Of a stretch of DNA of 64,000 bases, positions 49,486-58,944 are shown piece by piece. The position numbers and the translations under genes are program-made. Below the pieces are notes generated by a model. It was given only the letters and a program-made list of their open reading frames with translations. It was not told the DNA's origin and searched no databases. This DNA comes from Candidatus Melainabacteria bacterium 17Bon1m (GTDB lineage Bacteria; Cyanobacteriota; Vampirovibrionia; Obscuribacterales; Obscuribacteraceae): the NCBI GenBank assembly GCA_032128875.1, contig JAVLKG010000001.1:384001-448000 (forward strand). Direction: 5' to 3'. The first letter of the stretch is position 1. Each line of letters starts with the position of its first letter.

Positions 49486-50583
49486 TCAGGATTTTGGGTC
49501 CAGCCGTGAATAACGAAAGTAGGCGGCACAAGTGCCTTCTGATGACACCATGGTGGCACCCAGAGGATGCTCCGGGGTACATTCTCGCCCAAAGGCCGGA
49601 CAATCCAATGGTTTTTTTATGCCTCGCAGAACGTCGCCGCTGATGCACACTTCCGGTTCTAGTACAGGTACATTATTTGTGGAAAAGGCCAAGTCTGCAT
49701 CAAAGCGAGCATATTTCTGGTGAAGCCGATATCCGCTATTGGCGATTAATCCCAGCCCACGCCACGCCTGGTCGCAAACTACAAATACATCTTCGAGTAT
49801 CGACTGGGCATTTTTATTTCCTTCTTTTGTAACGGCTCTGGCGTATTGATTGTCCACGTGTGCCTGCCCGTTTTCTAGCTGTGATACCAATCTCGAAATT
49901 CCCTCGAGTATGTCGGTCGGCTCGAATCCAGTTATGACAATCGGAATTTTGTATTGTTCTGCGAGTTTTTCATATTGCGACCACCCCATGATTGAGCAAA
50001 CATGACCTGGTCCTAAAAATCCCTGCACCCGATTGTCCGGGTATTCGAGCAATCTCCTTATAACGGGCGGCACTGTTACGTGTGACGAGAGCAAGAAGAA
50101 GTTGTTCAAATTGAGGCGTTCTGCTTGCTTTATTGTCATTGCATTCGCAGGAGCAGTCGTCTCAAATCCAATTGCCAGAAATACAACTTTTTTGTCTTTG
50201 TTTTGCGAGGCAATTTTGAGGCAGTCCAGGGGCGAATAGATTATGCGAACGTCGCCACCTTGTGCTTTAACATCTAATAGATCCATCCTGCTTCCGGGCA
50301 CGCGCAGCATGTCTCCATATGAACATAAAATGACGTCTTCCTGGCTTGCGATGGCTGTGGCCTTGTCGATAATCTCGACTCCCGTAACGCAGACAGGACA
50401 GCCAGGTCCGTGTAGAAGTTCAATCTCCGGTGGCAGTAAATCGGTAATCCCGTATTGCATGATTGCATGTGTTTGACCACCACAAACTTCCATGATTTGC
50501 CAGTTTTGCCTGGTTTTCCTGCTAATTTCTCGTGAAAGTTCACGAGCTCGTTTTTCCGTTCTGAATTCGTCAACGTACCGCAT
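49486..50583 (-). CDS. hypD: Hydrogenase maturation protein HypD
   Basis: [39 protein letters not shown]. Confidence 0.96.
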   Translation of the reverse strand: MRYVDEFRTEKRARELSREISRKTRQNWQIMEVCGGQTHAIMQYGITDLLPPEIELLHGPGCPVCVTGVEIIDKATAIASQEDVILCSYGDMLRVPGSRMDLLDVKAQGGDVRIIYSPLDCLKIASQNKDKKVVFLAIGFETTAPANAMTIKQAERLNLNNFFLLSSHVTVPPVIRRLLEYPDNRVQGFLGPGHVCSIMGWSQYEKLAEQYKIPIVITGFEPTDILEGISRLVSQLENGQAHVDNQYARAVTKEGNKNAQSILEDVFVVCDQAWRGLGLIANSGYRLHQKYARFDADLAFSTNNVPVLEPEVCISGDVLRGIKKPLDCPAFGRECTPEHPLGATMVSSEGTCAAYFRYSRLDPKS

Positions 50584-50836
50584 TTTCGCTGCCCTTTTCA
50601 CCAAGTTCGGATGTTTTTTCTTCATCAGTCAGAGATGAAAGCGTTAGCAACGCTTCTTTCTCGTCAATTACACTCAGTGCAAATCCGACATGGACAAGCA
50701 CATACTCGCCCACTTGAGCGGACGGACAGTACTCCAGACAGACAATACGCTTTAGACCGGCGAAGTCGACTTTGCACATTCGAAGGCCGTCTTGCTCAAA
50801 TATAGATTCGACTATTCCTGGAATGGCAAGACACAT
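50570..50836 (-). CDS. hypC: Hydrogenase chaperone HypC
   Basis: [20 protein letters not shown]. Confidence 0.95.
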   Translation of the reverse strand: MCLAIPGIVESIFEQDGLRMCKVDFAGLKRIVCLEYCPSAQVGEYVLVHVGFALSVIDEKEALLTLSSLTDEEKTSELGEKGSENAVR

Positions 50837-50847
50837 AAGTATGCTCC

Positions 50848-53148
50848 TTACGCAAAGTTCGACAAGCCGATTACCGCTTGTCCGAAGGACAGTCCACCGT
50901 CGTTAGCTGGAATGATAGATGGCGTGAATACATTGAAACCACATTCTTCCAAATTCTCTCTGACATCTTTCAGCAGCAGTGTGTTTTGAAACACTCCACC
51001 GGACAGGCAAATATCCCCCACTCCTATATTTGACCTGACTTTTAACAATACATCGCTGATTGCAGCGCTTAGAGTCTGGTGAAATATACGTGCCGCGCAC
51101 GCTTTGGAAATACCACTGTTCAATGCGGTCTGCATCGACTTTAGTATTAAGGTCGATTTTACGATATGCACGTTGTTTTCACTTGGTGCAGCAAAATCAT
51201 ACAGCCTATGTTCTCTGCATTTGCATTGGCGGGCCAAAGCTTCTAGTTCCATTGCGGCCTGTCCTTCGTAAGTAGGCTTGCAGCGATGGTCGATTAAAAC
51301 AGCTGCCGCATCGAATAAGCGTCCACAGCTCGACGTGAGCGGACAATTGATACCGCTGCGAATTTGCTTTCTGACCGTGTTTACCGTCCCTTGTCCGTGG
51401 ATACATTCTAATTCGCTGAGAAATTCGTCGAATTCATTCTGCCCCGCTTTCATTTGCTCTAAATAACCGAGCGCCATTCGCCAGGGATTTTTTGCCGCCA
51501 GATCTCCTCCAGGTAGAGGAACATTCTCCAAATGTGCAAGACGTGTGAATTCTCTGTAGGTACAAAGCAAAAACTCACCGCCCCAAATGTTGCCATCAAT
51601 GCCCAGTCCCATGCCATCAAAAACAACCGCAACGGCTTTTTGAACTTTATGCTCGGCCATTACACTGACGGCGTGGGCATGATGATGCTGAACCCTTATG
51701 AGTGGCAGCTTCAATCTCTCTGACATTTTTTCTGCAATTTGAGCTGTCTTGTAGTCGGGGTGCAGATCGGATATCAAAAGATCGGGTTTGCACTCAAACA
51801 AATCTAGATAGAGTTTAAGAGTATTTTCGTAATTTTCCATTCTTTCTAGCGTCGCAATGTCACCCAGATGTTGACTGATCGTTGCATTATTGTTTTGAGT
51901 GATGCAGAAGGTATTCTTTAAGTGAGCGCCAAAAGCAATTGCTGATTTGCCGGTTTCAAAAGGAAGAGCAACTCTGCCCGGCGTCATCCCTCTTGCCGCG
52001 CGTATGGTCAGCTTCCTATCGGAATCAAATCGCACTATAGAATCGTCGTATCCCGAAAGTATTTGTCTATCGTGCGAAAGCACTCCAATTTCAACAAACT
52101 CGCGTTCAGCATCATCGTCTCGAGTGAAGATTGGCAGTCCTTCATCATTTGCACTAGTGGCAATAAGCGGAAAGTCAGTCGCACCCAAAAGCAGGTAATG
52201 AAGCGGCGAATTCGGCAGCATTGCTCCTATTTCATCCAACCCTGAGTTGATGCACTTCGATAATTCCTGGCCGTCTCTTTGTTTGAGTAATACAATTGGT
52301 CGAACTGGACTGTTGAGAAGCTTTTTCTCAGAATTACTAATCTGACAATAGGCTTCCACTTCTTGCATATCGTGAAACATTACAGCCAGTGGCTTGTCTT
52401 TGCGATTTTTGAGACTTCTAATTTTTTTTACAACTGCATCTTCCTTTGCATTGCCCATCAGGTGGTAGCCGCCCAGACCTTTTACAGCAACTATTTCGTT
52501 GTCGAGCAATGCTTGTTGAGCTCTTTGAAGGGCATCACTTCCAATAATTGGTGTTTCTTTCTTTTGTTTGAAAGTTAACTTCGGACCGCATAACTCACAG
52601 GCGTTGGGCTGGGCGTGAAATCTCCTGTCTGACGGAGTTTTATACTCTTGCAGGCACAGCGAACACATTGCGAACGCTCTCATCGTGGTCGATTGTCTGT
52701 CATAAGGAAGCTTTTCGATGATGGTGAAACGTGGTCCGCAGTTTGTGCAATTGATAAATGGATACTGGTAGCGCCTGTTCTCCTCTGAAAACAACTCTTT
52801 CAGGCATTCTTCGCAAACGGCGGTGTCGAGCGGAATTTGTCGTGAATCCGCCAAGCTGTCCTGGCTATCGATAATTTGGAATTCCGACTCTCCTAAATTC
52901 ACGGGGAAGTCAGAGACATCCAATTCAGTAATTGACGCTAAAGGTGGCAAACTCCTATGAAAACTATCGATGAAGTTTTCAATGTCTTGCAGCTCTCCTT
53001 GAATCTCTATATCGACAGCACCGCCTAAATTGCAGACAAAGCCCGTCAAGAGGTGCTTTTGCGCCAGATTGAATACGAAAGGTCGAAAGCCTACGCCTTG
53101 CACGAGCCCTTTGGCGTGGAGCTTTCGTCTGGATAAGGTCTTTTGCAT
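50848..53148 (-). CDS. hypF: Carbamoyltransferase HypF
   Basis: GLVQGVGFRPF, CTNCGPR, RRFHAQPNAC, QHHHAH, SSCGRLFDA, PANDGGLSFGQ. Confidence 0.96.
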   Translation of the reverse strand: MQKTLSRRKLHAKGLVQGVGFRPFVFNLAQKHLLTGFVCNLGGAVDIEIQGELQDIENFIDSFHRSLPPLASITELDVSDFPVNLGESEFQIIDSQDSLADSRQIPLDTAVCEECLKELFSEENRRYQYPFINCTNCGPRFTIIEKLPYDRQSTTMRAFAMCSLCLQEYKTPSDRRFHAQPNACELCGPKLTFKQKKETPIIGSDALQRAQQALLDNEIVAVKGLGGYHLMGNAKEDAVVKKIRSLKNRKDKPLAVMFHDMQEVEAYCQISNSEKKLLNSPVRPIVLLKQRDGQELSKCINSGLDEIGAMLPNSPLHYLLLGATDFPLIATSANDEGLPIFTRDDDAEREFVEIGVLSHDRQILSGYDDSIVRFDSDRKLTIRAARGMTPGRVALPFETGKSAIAFGAHLKNTFCITQNNNATISQHLGDIATLERMENYENTLKLYLDLFECKPDLLISDLHPDYKTAQIAEKMSERLKLPLIRVQHHHAHAVSVMAEHKVQKAVAVVFDGMGLGIDGNIWGGEFLLCTYREFTRLAHLENVPLPGGDLAAKNPWRMALGYLEQMKAGQNEFDEFLSELECIHGQGTVNTVRKQIRSGINCPLTSSCGRLFDAAAVLIDHRCKPTYEGQAAMELEALARQCKCREHRLYDFAAPSENNVHIVKSTLILKSMQTALNSGISKACAARIFHQTLSAAISDVLLKVRSNIGVGDICLSGGVFQNTLLLKDVRENLEECGFNVFTPSIIPANDGGLSFGQAVIGLSNFA

Positions 53149-53352
53149 GCTTAAAAGCCAGCCGTTCTATAGGCTCCCATTTTGGCACATCCTCCCAAAG
53201 TATGACTTTCTTTCAAAGTGGCGTTTTTCTGCTCATAATCGGAATGGTCCAGACGAACGATATGTTCCAGCCTGAAATTGGACAAAATGGTACTTGGATG
53301 CTGCCATGGGCGTCGCTTCTAATTCGGCGTCCGATTTCCTGGAGGAGAGACA

Positions 53353-53793
53353 ATGAAGGTTTTGATTGCTGCTGAAGAATCAGAATGCTCCAGACGAGCG
53401 GTCCAAGCAGTGTTGGAAAGACAGTGGCCAGAAGATTCGCAATTTAGAGTGATAAATGTCTGTGAATCATTTCCGGTTTTGGGCGCAAAGATTCGACCAA
53501 CTTATGTAATGGCTGAAAATGAGATGCTCAGACAAAAGAAATCCCAAGTACGTATGGACATCGTCGAGCTTCGCAAAGTCTATCCGGTCAATCTGGTTAG
53601 TGGAGATGTCCTTAAGGGCGACCCGTGCGCGTGCATACTCGAAGAAGCAAAAGATTGGGGCGCGGACCTGATTATCCTTGGCACCCATGGAAGAGAGGGC
53701 ATTTCGCGTGCCTTTCTGGGCAGTGTGGCAGAAGGTGTTGCCGGAAATGCCGGCTGTTCTGTCGAGGTAGTCAAAGCAAAAAGAACGCACTGA
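53353..53793 (+). CDS. Universal stress protein
   Basis: MKVLIAAE...ADLIILGTHGREG...LGSVAEGV. Confidence 0.92.
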   Translation: MKVLIAAEESECSRRAVQAVLERQWPEDSQFRVINVCESFPVLGAKIRPTYVMAENEMLRQKKSQVRMDIVELRKVYPVNLVSGDVLKGDPCACILEEAKDWGADLIILGTHGREGISRAFLGSVAEGVAGNAGCSVEVVKAKRTH

Positions 53794-53817
53794 TTAAGTT
53801 ACAGGAGAAGTTTTCTG

Positions 53818-54273
53818 ATGAAAGTTTTAATTGCTGTTGAAGAATCTGAATGCTCGAGGCTTGCGCTCGAGTCGGTGGTAAAGCGACATTGGCCGGAAGG
53901 TTCCCAATTTAGGGTAATTAGTGTCGTCGAGCCGATGCCATTTTACGGAGCGGAAATTTACTCTCCTCACGTAATCAACTCTATTGTCGAGGCTGAAAAA
54001 GAGGTTAGTAATCGCAAGCGTCAACTCGTGAAAGAGGACGTCGAGCTTCTGAAGGCGGCACATTCTGCGGATTCAGTGAGTGGGGATGTTCTCGCCGGCG
54101 ATGTTCGTCACTGTATTCTCGATGAATCTAAAGAATGGGGCGCTGATTTAATTGTCTTAGGCTCTCATGCAAGAAAAGGTTTCTCCAAGCTCTTTCTGGG
54201 CAGTGTGGCGGAAGGCGTCGCCGGCAATGCTGATTGCTCGGTGGAGATAGTAAAAGGCAAAATCACGCACTAA
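53818..54273 (+). CDS. Universal stress protein
   Basis: MKVLIAVE...ADLIVLGSHARKG...LGSVAEGV. Confidence 0.92.
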   Translation: MKVLIAVEESECSRLALESVVKRHWPEGSQFRVISVVEPMPFYGAEIYSPHVINSIVEAEKEVSNRKRQLVKEDVELLKAAHSADSVSGDVLAGDVRHCILDESKEWGADLIVLGSHARKGFSKLFLGSVAEGVAGNADCSVEIVKGKITH

Positions 54274-54293
54274 AAATACAGAGAGGCAGAGAC

Positions 54294-54791
54294 ATGAAAG
54301 TCATTATTGCGGTCGACGAATCGACCTATGGAAAGAAAATTATAGAGGCAATTGCTCATCGCAAATGGCAGCCTGATACTGCATTTCGAATCATTTCGGT
54401 GGTTGAGCCCGTTGCTTGGGAAGAAGTGGAAAATGAAAATTGGACAGATTTGTCCAAAAATATGTTTGAGAAAAGAAAGAGAAACGCCACTAAGCTTTGC
54501 CTAGAGCTCAAAAAGACTCTTGAATTACAGCATCCTGATTGCACCGTCCATTACGATGTGCTGGAAGGAAGCCCCAGAAAAGAGATTATTAAAGCGGCTG
54601 TTGACTGGATGGCCGACAAGATTCTAATCGGAGCACATGGCCATGACCTTTGCGACCGTTTTGTTTGGGGCGGAGTCTCACGAGCTGTTGCAGTTGCCGC
54701 ACCTTGTTCTGTGGAAATAGTTCGTCCTTATACACCCCACAAAAGGGACGACGCAAAGAAGGACAAAGTGTCTGAGAAAGCTACCGTCTAG
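54294..54791 (+). CDS. Universal stress protein
   Basis: MKVIIAVD...ADKILIGAHG...APCSVEIVR. Confidence 0.9.
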   Translation: MKVIIAVDESTYGKKIIEAIAHRKWQPDTAFRIISVVEPVAWEEVENENWTDLSKNMFEKRKRNATKLCLELKKTLELQHPDCTVHYDVLEGSPRKEIIKAAVDWMADKILIGAHGHDLCDRFVWGGVSRAVAVAAPCSVEIVRPYTPHKRDDAKKDKVSEKATV

Positions 54792-54936
54792 GGTAGGTCC
54801 GGAGCATCCCTTGGAATAACCGCCAAGAACCGTCCCCAAGAATTCTCTAACGATCATTCCTCAGAAGCATGCGACGTTCGACACTTGCAGGCAGAATGTA
54901 AAAACAAATCGGCATTCCAGGAAAGAAGTGATTGAT

Positions 54937-55479
54937 ATGTATGCACTTAAACACTCAGAATATCCCCATTGCTCCCACTCTGAGCAAGAGTCGCCTTCGG
55001 GGCTTTGCATAATAACGATCGGCAATAATCTGAGGGGCGACGACGGCATCGCCATGAAAATATGCGATAAGCTGCCGCCAACTCTTGTTGATGACGTTTG
55101 CAGATTTGATCTTGGGACCTACACGAGCTACCTGGGTTCCTGTCTACAAGGACACAAAGCTGCCATTATCATCGACTCGACGAGTAATTCGTGCATGCCC
55201 GGCTCCATTACAATCGTCGATTTGAAAGCATACCTTGAAGACCAGAAGGGCTCCGCATTTGGAGTGAAAACTACTCATGGTTTTTCTCTTGTAGACGAGC
55301 TGAAATTGCTTAGCGAAGTCTCTGAGCTGCCCGATAGACTGATGCTTCTTGGAGTTGAAATCAAGGATGTCAACTCTGATAAAGTAAGTCCTGCTCTTCA
55401 ATCAAAAGTGCCGCGATTAGTGTCTAATCTGTCATTCCTTGTGGAGAGAATTTTGGAGACTCTAAAGAAGAATGCATGA
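54937..55479 (+). CDS. Hydrogenase maturation endopeptidase
   Basis: IGNNLRGDDGIA, IIIDS, TTHGFSL. Confidence 0.9.
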   Translation: MYALKHSEYPHCSHSEQESPSGLCIITIGNNLRGDDGIAMKICDKLPPTLVDDVCRFDLGTYTSYLGSCLQGHKAAIIIDSTSNSCMPGSITIVDLKAYLEDQKGSAFGVKTTHGFSLVDELKLLSEVSELPDRLMLLGVEIKDVNSDKVSPALQSKVPRLVSNLSFLVERILETLKKNA

Positions 55480-55861
55480 GGCAACGATTGCGCAATCGAT
55501 TCTCAACATAGTCACCGACAGACTAAAATCTGTCGGTGTTGATGCTTGCGCCTTAAGCGTCGAGATCGTCTTAGGTGAGTTTCGCAATGTTGACCCGGAG
55601 TCTCTAAGCTTCGCTTTCGATAGTATGAAAGATCTTTGTCCTGCAACTTCAAATTGCCGACTGGATATCAACGTGATCAATGCTTCAGCGCTGTGTTCGG
55701 AAAATGCGCACAATTATAGACCCGTCGCTGAACTAGCGTATCGATGCCCGGCATGCGATGGCGGTATTGCGAAGATGGTGCATGGTGAGGAATTAGATGT
55801 GGTAAATCTGATCATCGAAGTTGCAAATGAGGAGAAAAAACATGCACGAATCGCCGGATGA
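55472..55861 (+). CDS. hypA: Nickel metallochaperone HypA
   Basis: MHEATIA, VDPESLSFAF, CPAC, GEEL. Confidence 0.92.
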   Translation: MHEATIAQSILNIVTDRLKSVGVDACALSVEIVLGEFRNVDPESLSFAFDSMKDLCPATSNCRLDINVINASALCSENAHNYRPVAELAYRCPACDGGIAKMVHGEELDVVNLIIEVANEEKKHARIAG

Positions 55862-56549
55862 ACACGCTCTTGAGCGCATCCTTGGTAAAAACGAGGAGAT
55901 GGCTGAGCACAACAGCGATCATTTTCAGCGCTCCAAGACATGCGTGTTTAATCTTATGAGCGCCCCGGGTGCTGGAAAGACAACTCTTCTCGAGGCAACG
56001 CTGAGAAGCACTAAGAAGCAATTTACGTCTGCCGTTATCGAAGGCGATATGGTTGGCGATCTAGATGCAGACAGAATCAAAGCATTAAATGTGCCTGTGT
56101 ATCAAATCTCAACAGGGCGCAGTTGCCATCTCGATGCGCAGATGGTGGGTCGTTTGCTGCATGCAGAGAGCATTGTGGCCACACAGGCTCTTTTTATCGA
56201 GAACGTTGGAAATCTTGTTTGTCCAGCCGAGTTTCCACTGGGAGAATTTCGTCGCGTCGTTCTTCTATCTGTGACAGAGGGTGATGACAAGCCAATAAAA
56301 TATCCGGTAATTTTCCGAAACTGCGACCTGGTTGTATTCACAAAATGTGATCTGCTTGAGTATGTCAATTTCGATTTGAGTGCCGCTGAGAAGAATTTGA
56401 AGGCTCTCAATCCCAAACTAAAAACGCTGCGGGTATCATCGAAGACAGGCGATGGCATCGACGAATGGATAAATTGGCTGAACAACCAAATGACTGAGTA
56501 TCAGGCTCAACTTAAAAACGAACACCATGTGCATCACGCTGCCCACTAA
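55842..56549 (+). CDS. hypB: Nickel GTPase HypB
   Basis: SAPGAGKTTLL, CHLDA, ENVGNLVCP, TEGDDKPIKYP; His-rich C-terminal tail. Confidence 0.95.
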   Translation: MHESPDEHALERILGKNEEMAEHNSDHFQRSKTCVFNLMSAPGAGKTTLLEATLRSTKKQFTSAVIEGDMVGDLDADRIKALNVPVYQISTGRSCHLDAQMVGRLLHAESIVATQALFIENVGNLVCPAEFPLGEFRRVVLLSVTEGDDKPIKYPVIFRNCDLVVFTKCDLLEYVNFDLSAAEKNLKALNPKLKTLRVSSKTGDGIDEWINWLNNQMTEYQAQLKNEHHVHHAAH

Positions 56550-56745
56550 GGTTCTTTCTCTGGAAGGAAATAACGCCAGAGTTGATATTGCCGGACACGA
56601 GAGGAAAATTTTTATTCCCTTCGATAACGTGTTTCCTGGTCAATGGGTTCTCGTTTACGCCGGCGCTGCCATCGCAGTCATCGACGAGAAAGAAGCTCTC
56701 GAAATACTCGGATATTTGGACAGAGCCGCCAATTTGATGTCCTGA
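56527..56745 (+). CDS. hypC: Second HypC/HupF-family chaperone
   Basis: MCITLPTKV, PGQWVLVYAGAAI. Confidence 0.8.
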   Translation: MCITLPTKVLSLEGNNARVDIAGHERKIFIPFDNVFPGQWVLVYAGAAIAVIDEKEALEILGYLDRAANLMS

Positions 56746-56761
56746 TCATAGGTCCGCTTTG

Positions 56762-56779
56762 GTCATACTTAAGTATGAC
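56762..56779. promoter_or_regulatory. Perfect 18-bp palindrome, strongest copy of the TCAT-N7/8-ATGA motif
   Basis: GTCATACTT|AAGTATGAC, upstream of the hydrogenase operon. Confidence 0.65.
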
Positions 56780-56906
56780 TTTTGTCTGATACTTTGAGCC
56801 GATATGCCATGCTGCAAAAGGCGGTATCTTAAGGGTGCAGAGAAACCCAAGGTGGAGAAAAAAGACTCCCCGCGGGCAGCAGGCACCAGAGCTATGCTCA
56901 GAGCCT

Positions 56907-56937
56907 GAAGACGCCAGTATTACTGGCGTCTTCTTTT
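56907..56937 (+). terminator. Intrinsic terminator
   Basis: gaagacgccagta-t-tactggcgtcttc followed by tttt. Confidence 0.75.
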
Positions 56938-57069
56938 GTGTCGTGGTGATTGCGCTATAAGTAGCCTCGCAGTTCGGCACTTTTTTCTTATTAGTCCTGC
57001 CGAACGATACTTTAGAAGACATATTCGTCTGTAATGGTTGTGTTCGCCCCTTACGGCTCGACCCTGAAG

Positions 57070-58107
57070 ATGTCCCGAACTTTTCTATTACCAAAATCAC
57101 GATTCTGCGAGTTTTTCAGCTATTTGAAAGGGCTCGGCAAATTTTTTGCGCCTGTTCGCGTTTCCGAGCAGTCGTTTTCATTCAAGGAAATTGAAAACGA
57201 AGGCGAAATTGCTTGGGATGCACTAAGAACAATACTCCCGCCGAAGAAGTTCTTTTACCCGCAAAGGGAAACAGTGCTTAAGTACGATGGAAACGAAGTC
57301 AAAGCGACTGTTCCGGAAGACAATTTTCAAATCATTTTTGGCGTCCATCCGTGCGATCTGGCGGGTCTTGGAATTATGGACACCATTTTTGAGGCAGCTC
57401 CCAGCGATACTCATTACACAAAGCGGCGAGAACAAAGTCTTGTTATAGGTTTGTCTTGTATGCCGGACAAGTTTTGCTTTTGTCAGTCGATGGGAACTTC
57501 TTGCCCAACCAAAGGGTACGATCTTTTCTTGACTGATTTACGCGATGCTTTTTTCGGACAAGTTGACACCGCTCGCGCTGAGCAGGTACTGGCCGGCTGC
57601 GATCATTTGTTTTCGCCTGTTTCGGAAAATGATAAAGACAGCTACAAAGAATTTTGGATAGAGCGCGATAAGGCATTTACAAACGGTTTTGAGCCCGACA
57701 ATTTGCGCTCCACCCTAGATATGGAATGGGACAATCCACTATGGGATGAGCTGGGCAAAAGGTGCTTGAGTTGCGGCAATTGCACTCCTGTTTGTCCCAC
57801 TTGCTATTGTTTCGACCTTGTCGATATCGCCAATTTGAATGGACAGTCGGGAGAAAGACAGCGGGAATGGGATAGCTGTCAATTCGTTGGTTTTGCACAA
57901 GTTGCTGGTGACTACAATTTCCGACCGACACCGGTGGATCGTCTCAAATTTTGGTATCGCCACAAGTTGCATGGTTTTGACGATCCTTACGGATTCAAGA
58001 CGTGTGTTGGCTGCGGAAGATGCACGGTTTCATGTCCTTCCGGGATAGATGACATTGTCGACGTTGTGAAAAGGCTTCAAGGAAATAATGAACAATCCAA
58101 TAAGTAA
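57070..58107 (+). CDS. Group 3b [NiFe]-hydrogenase beta (Fe-S) subunit
   Basis: PPKKFFYP, GVHPCD, CLSCGNCTPVCPTCYC, WDSC, CVGCGRCTVSCP. Confidence 0.9.
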   Translation: MSRTFLLPKSRFCEFFSYLKGLGKFFAPVRVSEQSFSFKEIENEGEIAWDALRTILPPKKFFYPQRETVLKYDGNEVKATVPEDNFQIIFGVHPCDLAGLGIMDTIFEAAPSDTHYTKRREQSLVIGLSCMPDKFCFCQSMGTSCPTKGYDLFLTDLRDAFFGQVDTARAEQVLAGCDHLFSPVSENDKDSYKEFWIERDKAFTNGFEPDNLRSTLDMEWDNPLWDELGKRCLSCGNCTPVCPTCYCFDLVDIANLNGQSGERQREWDSCQFVGFAQVAGDYNFRPTPVDRLKFWYRHKLHGFDDPYGFKTCVGCGRCTVSCPSGIDDIVDVVKRLQGNNEQSNK

Positions 58108-58942
58108 TTCGCGGTGTCCTCTTACACCATCTCGTGGCGTTATTCGCTCGATAATTCCGATGGCCAGTGATAACACCTTGTTTCAAATTACTGTCGAAGA
58201 AGATGGTCTTAACAATTGTATGCCAGGACAGTTCGTCCAGCTCTGGGTTCCTGGTGTCGGAGAGTCTCCTATTTCGGTCTGCTCCGGTCATGTCGGCGCA
58301 ACGATTGAACTGACTGTGCGCAAAGTAGGTCGAGTGACCAGTGCACTCTTTCAAATGAATGAGGGCGATTGGGTGGGCCTTCGCGGACCCTATGGAAATG
58401 GCTTTCCAGTCGAGCAGTACAAAGGAAAAGATCTTTGCTTGATTGCAGGGGGACTGGGGGTTGCGCCGATTAGATCCCTCTGGCAATACGTCCTTGATCA
58501 CAGAGAAAACTTTGGAAAAATCACTTTGATTTATGGCATGCGACATTCAATAGATCTGCTTTTCAGAAGCGAGTTCAAAATGCTATTGAGACGCAGAGAT
58601 ATGGATGTTTTCATCGCCGCTGAAGAATTGTGTGGTCCCGCTTTACCACCAATTTCTGTGCAATTGGGGCGTGTTACGGACATGATCAAGGCGGCTTCTC
58701 TCTCTCCTTGCGTTGAGGTTGCGGTGTGTGGACCACCTGTCATGTACAAGTACGTTATTAATGAACTGAAAGCAAAAGATATAGCGGAATCTCAGATTTG
58801 GCTGTCTTTAGAGCGGCATATGAAGTGTGGTATTGGCAAATGTGGACATTGTTTTATCGGTGGAGCGTTTGCTTGCAAAGCGGGGCCCGTTTTCAATTTG
58901 CCGCAGTTGCGTTTACTTCCTGAAGCAGTTGAGTGTGCTTGA
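58088..58942 (+). CDS. Group 3b hydrogenase gamma (FAD/NAD(P)-binding, 2Fe-2S) subunit
   Basis: PGQF, GESPIS, RGPYGNGF, AGGLGVAP, CGPPVM, ERHMKCGIGKCGHC. Confidence 0.92.
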   Translation: MNNPISNSRCPLTPSRGVIRSIIPMASDNTLFQITVEEDGLNNCMPGQFVQLWVPGVGESPISVCSGHVGATIELTVRKVGRVTSALFQMNEGDWVGLRGPYGNGFPVEQYKGKDLCLIAGGLGVAPIRSLWQYVLDHRENFGKITLIYGMRHSIDLLFRSEFKMLLRRRDMDVFIAAEELCGPALPPISVQLGRVTDMIKAASLSPCVEVAVCGPPVMYKYVINELKAKDIAESQIWLSLERHMKCGIGKCGHCFIGGAFACKAGPVFNLPQLRLLPEAVECA

Positions 58943-58944
58943 AG

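Noticed and set aside
56830-56937. NiCo riboswitch
   Set aside because: Only a short GCAGCAGGC resemblance. The other conserved junction segments were not found by eye.
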